Assembly (NCBI GenBank): GCA_025594325.1
Contig: JANHCV010000001.1
Coordinates: forward strand, 3,720,001-3,784,000
Direction: 5' to 3'
Source of the DNA: Blastocladiella emersonii ATCC 22665
Taxonomy: Eukaryota > Fungi > Blastocladiomycota
Length of the DNA stretch: 64,000 nucleotides
How positions within the stretch are numbered: the first letter of the stretch is position 1; the number at the start of each line of letters is the position of its first letter. The notes beneath the pieces were generated by a model, which saw nothing but the letters and a program-made list of their open reading frames with translations, did not search any database and was not told the DNA's origin. The position numbers and the translations under genes were made by a program. Of the stretch, positions 38,901 through 50,965 are shown piece by piece.

Positions 38901-40431
38901 GTGGCCTCGCCATCGTCGCTCCCACTCCCGCCGTCAGAGAGGACCTGCGGCTCGGTGGTGGTGACGAAGAGCGCGACGTCATTGACGCCGAGCCCGTCGT
39001 CCTGGTCCGACGACAGGACGCGCGACGACTCGCCCTCGGCCGAGTAGTTCATGGACAGGGACTCGCGCGAGAGGCCGTGGAGGAGCGAGTGGTGCGACGC
39101 AGACGCGGCGAGCGACATCGTGAGGTGGCCGGGCGTCGGTAGCTGGACGTCATGCTGCTGGTGATGCTGGTGGAGCAGCTGCTGCGCCGTGACCTCGGGC
39201 GAGTGCGGGGCGTAGACGTGCAGCGTCGAGTCGATGGTCGGCGTCGAGTTGAACTTGAGGAGCTCCTCGTCGAGGATGGCCTGTAGCTCGCGCTGCAGCT
39301 GGCCCATGGGCGACGAGGTCGCGTAGGAGCCGCGGCGAGCAGTTGGCGCGGGAGCGGGAGCGACGGCGGCCGAGGGTGGGGGTACGGGCGTCGGTTCGCG
39401 CTCGTTGACGGGCGACAGCGTCGGGATGAAGGGCGCTCCGGCCGGCGGCAGCCCAGCGTCCATGACTGGAGGTTGCGTCGGTGCGAACGTGGTTGGGACC
39501 GCGGACTCGACTGGCGGTCGAGCAGTTGGCGGCGCGACCTGCTGCTGCTGTTGTTGCGGGGCCGACGTCGGGGACACGTTACGCGCCTCCTGTGCAGCCG
39601 CCGCCCCCGGCGACACCGCCCCCGCCGGGCGCTTCTGCGTCTCGTTGCGCTGTCGGCGGAACATATCGAGGGCCTTGAGCTTCTCCTCGCGGAGCCTGCG
39701 TCGCTCGGCCTGCATCTTACGCTCGCGCGCGGCCTGGGTGCGTTCGAGGGTACGCTTCCGCTCAATGTAGTTGATGATCTCGGCGCGCTTATCCTCGTCG
39801 ACAGCGTGCGCGGCGGCGTTGGCCTGCGGCGGCGGGGAGGGCACTGAGTGCAGCGGGCGGCTGAGGTCCTTGATGGCGTCGAGCGGGTCGTACTTGGCGG
39901 CGTTGGCACGCTTCTTGCGCATGTACTCGCGCACGGCGGCCTCGTCGTACGGCTTCTTGGCGGGTTTGCGCGGTTTCTCGGCCTGCACCTCGCGCATGGC
40001 CGATGAAGCGGCGGTGGTGCGCGGTGGTGGTGGTGGCGGCGAGCGGGCGCGCTTCTCGGGTTGCTGCGCAGCGGGCGGCGGGCGCGCCGGGATGGGCAGC
40101 GGGGTGGGGATCCCGGACCGCAGGGTGCTCGCGGGGATCACGACGTGCGCCGTCTTGCGGACCTTGGTCCGGGTGAGCGGGAGCACGCGGTCGTTGGTGG
40201 TGGCGAATGGGCCTAATCGAGACAGGGGAGCGATCAGCAATGGTCCCCGCTGCGCATCGCACGGCGGTCGGGCGGACCCCCTGGCGGCGGCTCGAACCGG
40301 TCGGCTCCCTCAAGACCCGGATAGTGCTCGTAGGCCGCATCGTCGAGGTAGCGCCCGACGGTCGGCGGCGGCGGGTGCACCCACGCGAGCGTGGTGTGGA
40401 TGCGCTTGCGCGGGCGTTCGACGGCGTCCAT
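32967..40431 (-). CDS. Large centrosomal-type protein, CEP350/CCDC187-like; in-frame TAG at 33926-33924
   Basis: Exons joined by canonical introns near 40215-40260 and 37260-37320. PYDEAAVREYMRKKR...EEKLKALDMFRRQR resembles the CEP350 N-terminal charged helix. Long Ser/Ala-rich disordered middle and helical C-terminus (LELAVDELLEQLLED). Confidence 0.5.
36088..36179 (-). repeat. Exact 45-bp in-frame tandem duplication encoding ASPVPSLARSSHSAS x2
   Basis: Units 36088-36132 and 36133-36177 are identical. Confidence 0.9.
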
Positions 40432-40732
40432 GGCGGCGGCGGCGTCAAAGTCGAGTGCGGGCAGTCTGGCCGGCGCTCACGCAAGATTCATGGAGACTGA
40501 GAGGTGCATTGGGTCGGTCGGGAGCGCACGCACTCGAGAGGACGACGACGGCGGCTCAGGGGCCACGGTGCGACGCGCCGCGCGGTCACGTTGCGTGCCG
40601 CCACGCCGAAGCGCTTTCCGCCCTCTCTTCTCCCCTTTGCTCTTGCAACCAGCACCCCTGCCCATGTATCGCCGCGCCCGCCGAGGCGCCTGAGCACCCA
40701 CTCCTTGCAACCACTTTATCCACTTTGACGGA

Positions 40733-41916
40733 ATGTCGTCCGCCAACATCGCGGGCTACTTCAAGCCCGCCGCGGCCGTCGAGGACGTGCTGGTCGTCAA
40801 GTGCCAGCTGTGCCAGAAGCCCGTCCTCGAGACCGCCTTCAAGCGCCATCTCGGTGCGTTGCGCTGCTGCGCTGCGTTGCGTGGATCAGATCGCTGGTGT
40901 TGACTGCCCACCCTGTGATGGACTGATCCAGACTCGTGCATGTCGCGCCACCCGCACGCGTACTTGCAGCTCGCGCCCGAGGGCACGCCCATGCCGAGCC
41001 CGCTCGCTTCACCCGTCGCGCCGCTGGTTCCGGCCCTCCCGAAGCCGCCGACGACTGCGTCGACGGCTGCGGCGCCGGCTCGCCCGCTCAAGGGCGGCGA
41101 CGCCAAGGGTAAGTCGGGTCCCGCTGACGGAGCGGATGAGAGTGCCGCTGCTGCTGCTGCTGCAACGGCGGCTAGCATGCCTCCGCCCGCCATCGACTTG
41201 ACGGGTCCCGACGCAGACGGGTCGGGCGACGTTCTGGATCCGCCTTCCTCAAGCGCCTTCTCGACGCTGGCCGGTCCCGACGGCGTGGCGGCAGCCCCCG
41301 CCAAGCCAGCGCCCAAGAAACGCAAGGCGCCCGCGACCAAGGGTACGCGCGTCCCGGCACCGCGCCTGTCCCTCCAACTCACCCCCGATTGTAGCCGACG
41401 CGGCCGACAAGCCGACGAAAAAGGCCAAGACGGCGGCCGACTCGGCGGCATCGACGCCCAAGACCAAGAAAAAGGACGGGCCCATGGATTTCGACAAGCA
41501 GTGCGGCGTGCTGATGCCCAACGGCGAGCCGTGCCGCCGGTCCATTACGTGCAAGAACCACTCGGTCGGCAGCAAGCGCCTGGTCCCCGGCCGCTCGCAG
41601 CCGTACGACACGCTGTACGAGCTGTTCCAGGGCAGCAAACGTACGCTCTTTCGGGTTTTGTCTCGAGCTGTCGCTAACCTCTTGTACGTACTCAGGCGTC
41701 CTCGCGCAATCGACCAAGCAGCCCGGCCTGCCCGAAGCCGACGACCAGGTGCCATTACCGGACCTGTCACCCGACGACGAGGGCGCCGTGATGCTCGAGG
41801 GCATCAAGAAGATTGCCCCGACCCCGCTCGCGACGCGCGGGCCCGTGTGGTGCTCGGCCCGCCCGCTCGTCGGCATGCTCGAGACGTTGCTTGACGCCAT
41901 CAAGGCCGCCCGCTAA
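40733..41916 (+). CDS. SGF73: SAGA deubiquitination-module subunit Sgf73/ataxin-7 homolog (multi-exon)
   Basis: N-terminal zinc finger VKCQLCQKPVLETAFKRHL|DSC; SCA7 domain DFDKQCGVLMPNGEPCRRSITCKNHSVGSKRLVPGRSQPYD. Confidence 0.9.
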
Positions 41917-41984
41917 ACCCTCTCAACCCTTGTACAGACCCCGACTCTCTAATACCGACTAGTTCTAGCACATCCCTCATTCAT

Positions 41985-43393
41985 TCATTCATCCACCAAC
42001 CCCGCGGCCGCGCGCACCTTGAGCGACTCGTACACGACCATCGACACAACGACGTTGGGGATCGCCCACAGGCACCGGGATCCGATCCCGCACGTGGCCG
42101 CGCGCCACCACCCCTCCTCGCGTGCGAGCCGCCGGATCACCTGCAGCATGCGCGACGACCGGTCGTACAGCCGCCCGTCGCTCACTTGCACGATGGTCTT
42201 GACGCGGTCGAGCGGGTTCGAGACGGCTGCGGCCAGCGCGCCGCTCGTTGCCGCGCATACGAGGTAGCCGTGCAGCGGCAGGGGTGGTGGGGCGGGCGCA
42301 CCCGTGGCGGGAGAGGAGGTGAGGGCGGGGCTCAGGCCGAGCCACGACGCGTACATGGCCTTTGTCTGCTCGTACACCATGAAATAGACGACTACGGCCG
42401 GACGTGTGCGTTAGTGAGGCGACACAGCAGGCGTCGGGAGGGTAAACGCACTCGAGTACGGAATGAAGACGGTCAGCGACAGCCAGTACCCCTTGAAAAA
42501 GCCCGCGAGCCCGTCGGCCTTGTAGATCTTGCGCGCGATGGCGCTGACCGAGGCATGCGACGCCGGTCCCGCTCCTGGCGCCGCGCTCGTACTGCTGAAC
42601 GCGGCGGCGTGGATGTTGGACGCTGACGGACTGCGCGGCAGGTCGATGACGGACTCGGGGACAGGCGACGCGGGCGTGATCCCCGCCGCGAGCGAAGTGA
42701 ACGACGCGCGCGGGTGGTGGTGCTTGGCCGACGAGTTGGTGCGTGAGTGCGCGTGCTGCGCGATGGCGCTCGACTCGGACACGGAGCGCGACATGGCCGG
42801 CGTCGATGCCAGGCTGGTGGAGCCGCTCTCGAGGATCGTGTACCCGGCGCCCTGCTGCGAGCACATACACTGCTGCTTGTTCTTGATGAGCTCGAGCGGG
42901 GTCCAGAACAGGCCCGAGCACAGTTCGGCGACGATCGCCGACACGAAGTGCGTCGCGGGCGACTGCGCCGTCAGCGCCGTCGACGCCGAGGTCCCGATGG
43001 CCGCCTTGGTCGCGTCGTACACGTACAGGTATGTCGACACGGCCGGCATCGAGAAGGCGAGCGCGATCGGGAGACCGCTACACACACAGGACCGCGTCAG
43101 AGTCGAACGCAGGCAACGGCGGGAGGGGAGACGGACCGGTACAGCCCCGCGACGCCCTCATGTGCGTAGATGCGGCGGAGGACGGGCGTGAAATGCTTGG
43201 TCGTGATGCGCGGGTCGGCCTGGATCCGCGTCTAGACGTAGGCGCACGTCCTGGACAGTCAGCGGGTCGTGTCGAGAAGGGACGGGTGGGCAAGCAGAGG
43301 GCCAACCTTCACGGTATCGAAGGGATGGGAGATCAAGCGGCCCGCGAGCGCCGCAACGCTCGAGGCGCCGACGTTGTGGAGGAACGCGTCCAT
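41985..43393 (-). CDS. Mitochondrial carrier (SLC25 family), substrate unassigned
   Basis: Three PxD/ExxK signatures (HPFDTVK, TPLELIK, NPLDRVK) and EG-x-x-G-L/F-Y/F-R/K-G motifs. Confidence 0.9.
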
Positions 43394-43880
43394 GATGGTG
43401 TCGCGTGGATGTGTATCAATCGTCGTGGTCGGTCTAGGGCGCAGTTGGGCGCGGAAGATGCATGGGGTGGTGGTTGGCAGCTGATGTATCGTGGTGAGGG
43501 GCGGGGGAAGAAGGGAGAGGAGAGCCCGCGTCGACCGTCGAGCGTCGACCAGAGCGTCGTCGGACGGCCAGTCAGCCCGGCGGCAGAAAGACACCTCGAG
43601 GGCCGGGAGCGGATTGCACACGGTCCGAATCCGATGGCGAGCGGCGGAATCCGAGAGCGAGAGTATGGAGGAGGGCCGCGGGCCGGCTCGGGGGACGACA
43701 TGAACAAGACGCGTCTCGATCGTGGCCCGGCCGTGTGGCGCAGTGCCTCGGCTTACCCTCGAGCTACGCGATCCCTGCCTGTCCTGCCCGCCGCGCTCTC
43801 ACGGACAGTCTCCCGGGTGGATGTGGGCATGGAACGATTTTTATATACACGTGTGGCACACTGGGAGAGCATCGAGGCGA

Positions 43881-44286
43881 TCACCGTGGCGGGAGCGAGC
43901 TCGACGTGTTGTTGGCGACCATGCTCGCGGATCCCGCGCCCTGCGCCGACTACACGATGCGTCTCATGTCAGCAACCGTACAGAACACGTCCAAGGGTAA
44001 GAAGAGCCGTACCTGCGCAACCGCGCGCGCCTCGAGGCGGAGCTCCTTGATGACGGCGGCCAGCGCCTCGGGGTTGACGCCCGCCTCGCACAGGCTCACG
44101 CAGATCGAGAGCGTCTCGCGGTCGAGCCCCGTGTTGAGCAGCGTCGAGATCTCATGGAGGACTAGAAGTCGTCCGTCGTCAGCCTTCGTGCATACATGCA
44201 CGGATCCGCGCCCTTAGCGCGAGAAACTTGCCATCCATGGTCTCGCGCGCCTCGTTGGCGTGCGCGTCGCGGTTCGAAGAGTCCAT
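43881..44286 (-). CDS. MZT1: Gamma-tubulin complex activator MOZART1 (3 exons)
   Basis: [46 protein letters not shown] is the MZT1 core. Exon 1-2 join needs a GC-AG intron. Confidence 0.92.
44162..44231 (-). other. GC-AG spliceosomal intron (70 nt) in MZT1
   Basis: GCAAGT donor, GCTGAC branch site, TTCTAG acceptor. Removal gives M-D-V-L-H-E in frame. Confidence 0.85.
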
Positions 44287-44517
44287 TGCAGGTACAGGCG
44301 GGGTCGCTGAGAGAGCGAGGACGTCTGAGAGCGAAGCGGCCGGCTCTGAGAAGTCGGAGGGCGCCACGTGAGAAAGACCGGCCGCCGCCACCACCGCCGC
44401 GACGCGCTCCAAAGTCGCCACGAAGGCGGCGCTTCCGCCCTCCCTCCCTCTCTTCGCAACGGAAGCGACAACGAAGCACACTCACTGCCACGTATCGACA
44501 CCGCCCGCAACTACACC

Positions 44518-45606
44518 ATGGCAACAGGTTAGCTGCCCTCGATCCGCTCGCCCACCCCGACGCGGCGACTGACGCCGCCATGCCGCCGCACAGAGAACTA
44601 CCAGGCGCGCGCCCTGTACGCCGTGGGCCACTTTGACAAGCTCAAGGCCATGTGGACCGCGTCGCCCGACGACGCCGAGCTGTACTTCCTGCACGCGCGC
44701 GCCGTCGTGTCGCAGGGCCACGCGCAGCTCGCGACCAGCCACCCGGCGACCGCCCCGCTTGAGCTGCTGACGGCGCGCGGCGCTCCGAGCTCCGAGTTTG
44801 CCGCCCTCCGCGTCGTCGCCGACTTCCTTGCCGCCGGCGGCAGCAAGAACCCCGATGCCTTGAACGCCGCCAACGAGGCTATCCAGGCGCTCATCGCCGA
44901 CCCCGTGCGCGGCGCTAACCCGCGCGTTCGCGTCGTCGTCGGCGAGTACTTGCTCGCCACCAACCAGCTCGACGCCGTCGTCGCGACCGTCGGCTTGCTC
45001 GCCAAGGAGCACAACGTCGACGCGTACGTCACGCCCGCACAACGGCTTGAACCCGCAGTTCACTCACCCCCTATCCATGTGTAGTGCCTCGATCCTGCTG
45101 CAGACCTTCCTCGAGATCGACCGCGTGGACCTGGCCGAGTTGCTCGCGGCCGACGTCGGCCGGTGGGCCGAAGACGCGATCCAGGCGCAGGTGCTCGAGG
45201 CGCGCGCGGGCATGGCCGCGGGTAACAAGGTGCAGGACGCGCTGTGGGCGTGGGAGGAGCTCGTGCAGACGTACGCCGCGTCGCCATTCCTGCTGTGCAT
45301 GATGGGCACCTGCCACCTGCTGCAGAACAACTTGGTCGAGGCCGCGCGTCTGCTGAACGAAGCTATCGCCATGGACCCGGCCTACGCCGACGCCCACGTC
45401 AACCTCGTTGTTGCCGCCGCGGCTGCGGGGAAGGCAGATCTTAACCAGGTTTCGTACGTAGCGTTGCTGCTTGGGCTCGTGGTGGTGCCGATTGCTGACT
45501 GCGATTGTGTAGCGCCCTGTGGGCATCCTTCCCTTCGCACCCCTTCACCGAGAACCTCGCGCTCAAGGCTGGCGCCTTTGACCGCGCCGCCGCCAAGTTC
45601 TCGTGA
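44518..45606 (+). CDS. COPE: Coatomer epsilon subunit (multi-exon)
   Basis: QTFLEIDRVDLA...EDAIQAQVLEA...QDALWAWEEL...LLCMMGTCHLLQNNLVEAARLLNEAIAMDPAYADAHVNLVV matches the COPE/Sec28 TPR pattern. Confidence 0.88.
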
Positions 45607-45904
45607 TAGTTCCGCATCCGCACGCAAATTTGACTCTGTTTACGATCACTCGTGGTTTTCGCGGTCCGTACGCGGCGATTTGAGCGGATCGAGAAATGTC
45701 TCAGCGATCACATGATATCCAAACGCGTCTCGCACCGCGCCTTGTCGCCCAACCCGTCGAGGGACAAACCATCGACAGATCGTGAACCTGGAGACAGTAG
45801 GTATCAGGCTCCTCGCACCCCGCCCCATATACCCTTCATCTTACGAACGCCAAGATTGTACGGTGCACGGTTGAGCAGAACGAAATGAGCGCAACACGGG
45901 CTTT

Positions 45905-46438
45905 TTATTCAGTGTATCTGTGACGAACACCTCGAATGCCCAACTCGGAATAGACGAACTTGTCCTGAGCCACCGTGTAAGCCATGATTGCAATCATGCC
46001 GTCCGAAAGCTTGTCAGGTCGAGCCGTGCGAAACATGTCAAGCGAGGATGCGGTGGGAGCGACGAGGCCGTTGTAAAGGTAGTCGATGGGCGTCACCTCG
46101 GAACCAGCGTAAGGCACAACCACCTCAAGCGCCATCGCCAGCGAGTCGGGAGAAACGGCTGACACGACGCCATTGTGGAAGAGGCTCGCGGCAGGTCCTG
46201 TGAAGACCTTCTTGGAATGATGTTCGAGAGTCCGCAGCATGACATCGAAACGGACCGTGTTGAAGAAGTCGTCCGAGATGTTGTCAGGGTCAACGGACTC
46301 TCCCTTGGAGCGCAGGATCGCTCTCATCTCCTCGTCCTCGATAAGAATGCGTCGTGCCAAGGCGAAGACGTCATCCTTGGTGGGAGCAACAACGACGTTT
46401 CCTGCCGCGATCGCTGCGCGAATCTGGTCTTCGACCAT
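45905..46438 (-). CDS. Orphan intronless protein (177 aa), lower GC
   Basis: ATG 46438 (MVEDQIRAAIAAG) to stop 45905. More A/T-ending codons than neighbouring genes. No family recognised. Confidence 0.55.
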   Translation of the reverse strand: MVEDQIRAAIAAGNVVVAPTKDDVFALARRILIEDEEMRAILRSKGESVDPDNISDDFFNTVRFDVMLRTLEHHSKKVFTGPAASLFHNGVVSAVSPDSLAMALEVVVPYAGSEVTPIDYLYNGLVAPTASSLDMFRTARPDKLSDGMIAIMAYTVAQDKFVYSELGIRGVRHRYTE

Positions 46439-46837
46439 AGTCTGGCTTGGGCGCAGCGCGACGTCAGCGGGGAGTTCATTCGAGTTCGTGGCGGGGAACG
46501 GCGACTTGCGTGCACAGTGCGGGTTTCTTCGCGCTGGACGCGTTCGATCGTCTCGGAGAGAGCGTCGACACGAGGGCAGGCGAGGACGCCACCCGTCACA
46601 CAACGATGGTCGCGCTGATCATGCGGCAACGCATCAGCTGCCATCACCTGACCGGGCCGCAGATCTCAGTCAGCGCGGTGACGCCACTGCGCCACTACGC
46701 TTGGTCAGCGCCGCCGACCTCCGTTGAGTCGACCGCCGTGTTCCTGAACCTTCTCCACTCGAGCGAGCCGGACCTTTAAAGTCGCTCCCGCCGCGTTCTC
46801 GCTCGATCGCCCACCAAACACCCCCTCACTATCTGCA

Positions 46838-48178
46838 ATGGACGCCAACCGCCAGCCCAAGAGCTCCCTGAACTCGCGTGAGGAGGCCGAGGACGACGCG
46901 CAGTTTGCCGAGGGCGACGAGGTCGCCGAGATGATTGACGTGCCCGACATGGGCGGCGCTGACGAGCCCATGGACGACGACGATGACATGGACGCCGACG
47001 AGGACGAGGCCGAGCAGGCCGGCGGCGACGAGCTGGTGGAGATCAAGGATGACTCGGTCCAGGGGTTCTTTGCCCACCAGAGTATGTCCCGCGTCCTACG
47101 CTACCCGGATCCTATCGTGTGCTGATCAACCTTCGCTGTGCGTGTGTGTGTAGAGCCCGTCTACTGTGTCGCCATGCACCCGACGAGCTACGACATCATC
47201 CTGTCGGGCGGCGAGGACGAGAAGGCGTACCTGTGGTCGGCGCACACGGGCGAGACGCTGCACCAGTTTGACGGGCACACGGACAGCGTGGTGGCGTGCG
47301 GGTTCAACCACGACGGCACGCTGTGCGCGACGGCCGGCATGGACGCCGTGGTCCAGGTGTACGTGACGGCCACGGGCCAGTGCGTGTCGCGCGTCGAGGC
47401 CTCGGACGAGATCGTGTGCCTCGACTGGCACCCGAAGGGCAACGCCCTGCTCGCCGGCACCAACGACGGCCAGGTGTGGATGCTCAGCATGCCCAAGGGC
47501 AACATCATGGGTATCTTCGCCGGCGTCCACACGGGCCCCGTCACCATGGCCAAGTTCACGCCCGACGGCAAGCGCGTCGTGTCGGGCGCCGAGGACGGCA
47601 CGTTTGCCGTGTGGGACCCCAAGTCGTTCACGCCCGTGCTCAAGTGGACGCCCGAGGACGGCCGGTGGTTCCAGGAGGAGGCGGTCACGTCGCTCGCCGT
47701 GAACCCGGCGTCGACGCTGTGCCTCGTGGGCGGCAGCGAGGGCACCGCGCGCGTCGTCAGTCTGACGGACGGCACGCTGTTCGCGACCTTCAACACGCAC
47801 ACGTCGTCGATCGAGTCGATTGCCTTCTCGCCCAAGCTCCCGCTCGCGACGCTCGCGTCGACCGACAACAAGGTGACGGTGATCGACGTGACGCGGTGGA
47901 TCGTGCGGTCGACGCTGGTGCACGACGACGCGGCCATCAAGGCCGAGTTCACCGACGACGGCCTGCACATTGTGACGTGCTCGGCCGACAAGTCGGTCCG
48001 CGTGTGGGACGCGCGCACCGCGACGCTCGTCGTCAAGTGGGTCGGCCACCACGACCCCATCTTGTGCATGGCCATCTCGCCGCTCGCCGACCTCGTCGTG
48101 GCCGGCGGCGACGAGGGCGTCGTGCTCGTCTTCAGCCCGCCCCAGCAGCAGCAGCAGGAGCAGCCGATGGAGGTCTAA
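46838..48178 (+). CDS. SQT1: WD40 ribosome-assembly chaperone Sqt1/AAMP (1 intron)
   Basis: Acidic N-terminus ending DDSVQGFFAH, then WD repeats (LSGGEDEKAYLW, GHTDSVVACGFNHDG, WLSWHP-like CLDWHPKGNALLAG). Confidence 0.88.
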
Positions 48179-48224
48179 GGCGATCCCCTCCCTCTCTCTC
48201 CCCACGCGTGTACAAAATATAAAC

Positions 48225-49574
48225 CTAGTAGTCTTTCTCATCCACCACGACACTCACCGCCGCGTCCCGAGATCGCGCCGCGGACCAAACAGGACCGCGC
48301 CGCCCGACTTGATGAGCCGCGCGTGCTTGACGAGCAGCTGGTCGCACGCCTTGTCGGTGCCTTCGAGCGTCAGGTCGCGCACCAGCGGCAGAATGTCGGC
48401 GCGCGGCCACGGGTCGCGCAGGCCGAACAGCTGGCGCAGGCGTTCTGGGATCGAGCCGGGCAGCTCGGACGGCGGGAGGTAGTAGATGGTGGCCGGTGTC
48501 GCGGTGGCCGGGTTCGCGTCGATGATGAGGGCAAACGAGTTGAGCGCTTCGCGGCGGCAGGTGAAGGGCTCCAGGACTTGTTCTGCCCACGTCCGCTCGA
48601 ATTGCGCGAGTGGCATGGATCCGCCGAGCTATGCGGGGGCGAGGGTCAGCGACGCGGGTGCAGGGACAGGCGGTAAACCGTACCGCGAGCTTGCTCAGGA
48701 TGGTCAGCGCGTAGTGGGCGGGCACCTTGTCCTCGTCTAGCCGGCAGATGAGGTCTGTACGGAGCGAGACATCAGTGAGCGCACCATCTCAGCGATCCCA
48801 GCAGTTGCGCGTACCGTCTCCCTCGTGCTTGATCTCTGCGGCAAAGTAGGTCATGACGTGCCGGGTGATGGCATAGTCGACGCCGTCCTCGACCAGGGTC
48901 GCCGCGATCGCATTGTACGAGAGCGCGGCGAGGTCCAAGTCCGAGGCGATAGCGGTCGCAATCAGGAGCGTGAGCACGTCCTTGATGTAGTCGAGCTCGA
49001 GCACGCGAATGTACCCGCCGAGGGTGACGGCGTGCATGTCCGAGAGCTCCCTGAGCAGCTCGGCCTCGCTCGCCTGGACGCGGTCGAGAAGCAGTGCGAA
49101 GGTGACGCGCTTGAACTTGCCATCATCGTTGCTAGCGGCGGCCCCGTCGTCCCACTCGGTGCCGACGAGGATCGCGCGGAGCAGCTCGCGCAGGCGCGGC
49201 GGCGGGACCTGGTGCAGCTCCCAGTAGTCGCCCGTCGCGTACGCGGCGCGCCAGACGTCGTTCCCCGCGCCGTCCGTGAGGTGCTCCTTGGCGCACACGA
49301 GCAGCGTGTTGGACGTCTGCACCTCGCGCAGCAGGTACGTGGTGTCGGGCGTGTGCAGCGTCACGTTCACGCCGCCCGTCGCGGTCGCGGTGCTGTCGGC
49401 GGGCCCGCGGAAGACGAGCGGCGGGGCGTCGAGAGGGGCCGACTCGACCAGCGCCAGCAGCTCGTCGGGCAGCTCGACCAGCCGGAAGTCGCGGCTGTCC
49501 GAGCCCTGGTAGTCAATGGCGAACTTGAGGGTCCGCTCGACGTTGCCCGCCGAGTATTGTTCATTTGCGTTCAT
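48225..49574 (-). CDS. DCC1: Ctf18-RFC subunit Dcc1 (3 exons)
   Basis: FRLVELPDELL, VFRG, TPDTTYLLREVQTSNTLLV, LLDRVQASEAELLREL, RLRQLFGLRDPW. Confidence 0.9.
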
Positions 49575-49731
49575 GATTGCGTGGCAGTGTGGGAGGGGAG
49601 GGAGGGAGGGAGGACAGCGTGGCCGCGGACTCTGACGTGGCGACGCGACGCTGCCCTGGGCCTTCAAAGGGCCGGCCCTCCCCTCCCTCCCCCTTCATCT
49701 CAACCATCGTATCAGCCTGCACAGACTCGCA

Positions 49732-50884
49732 ATGAAGCTCCATGCAACCCGCCTAGCGCGGCCGCTCCTCCTCGCCGCCGCGCTCCTCGTCGCGCTCGCT
49801 GCGACCACGCCGGTCCCCGCCGCCGCCATCGCCGAGCCGGATCCGTTCGCCATCCCGCCATCCCACATGCGCGCCGCGTCGCAGCAACATTCGGTTGCTG
49901 CCGCCGGCGCCGACGACGTGATCTGCAGCTTCGCCGACCCGTCCGACTGCTACCCGCGCGACTTTGTCGCCGGGCTCGAGTACGCGCCGATCCGCGAGGG
50001 CCAGGTGCTCCCGCCGGGGCTCGATATCCGCATGGACTTTCAGTCGGGCGAGAAGTGGGCCAAGCTGCCGTCGGGCGACGCTGCCGCTGCGCCACCGGCC
50101 GCGGAAGCCGAGGTCGCTGTCGTGCCCGTCGACGCAGACGACGCGCCATCATCAGCGCCGTCCGGCTCGCCCGCCCCCGCCGCCGCGCCGGCCGCGCCCG
50201 AGGCGACGGGCCCCGTCGTCATCCCGCGCAACAAGGCCAAGCCGTCGCGGCAGACGGGCGGCGTGTCGTCGGCGCACGCCAGCGTGGTGACGTTGCTGGT
50301 GCAGAAGCTGGTGGCGAGCGAGCGGCTGGATGCCGGCGAGTGGGACGTGCTCGAGGACGCGTCGCACCACGGCGACACGGGTCTGCGGATCCTCGAGCAG
50401 CTCGGCGTCGCGCTCGAGGCGACCGCGTCGCACCTCATGTTCCAGTCGGCCGCTGAGGCGGTCATGTTTTACCGCGTCATTGGGAACATTCACCAGGTAC
50501 GGCAGTTGTCTCGCTCGCGCCGCTGGGAGTGATGCTAACCCGTTCTCTCGCTGTACGGCGTAGAACAACGAGAAGGCGCTCAAGTACACGGCCGCGCACC
50601 ACCCGGGCCTGCTGTCGCACCTCGTCGACTGCGCCGACAAGCCCGCGCGGCCCTACGACCCGGCCGCCGCGTCCCCGGGCACCGCGCGCGTCGCCAAGTC
50701 GTGCCTGTACGCGCTCGGCGCGCTGGTCCGCGGCCACCCGGAGCTGCGCACCCAGTTCCTGCAAGACCACCACGGCGCCGCCGCGCTGGCCCGGTGGACG
50801 GGCGTCCCCGCCCTCGAGCAGAAGAGCATGAACCTCATCGAGGATCTCGCCGCCGAGTCCTCAGCTTCGCACGAGGCGCTGTAA
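49732..50884 (+). CDS. SIL1: ER BiP nucleotide-exchange factor Sil1 (1 intron)
   Basis: Signal peptide; CYPRDFVAGLEYAPIREGQVLPPGLDIRMDFQSGEKWAKL; ARM-like LYALGALVRG; ends SASHEAL-stop. Confidence 0.85.
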
Positions 50885-50965
50885 CTGTAGTAGCGTGTTT
50901 GCGGCATACATTTTGCTTTAGACTCAACAACAACTCTCAAAGTGACTGACTGGCGGAGCTGGTGG

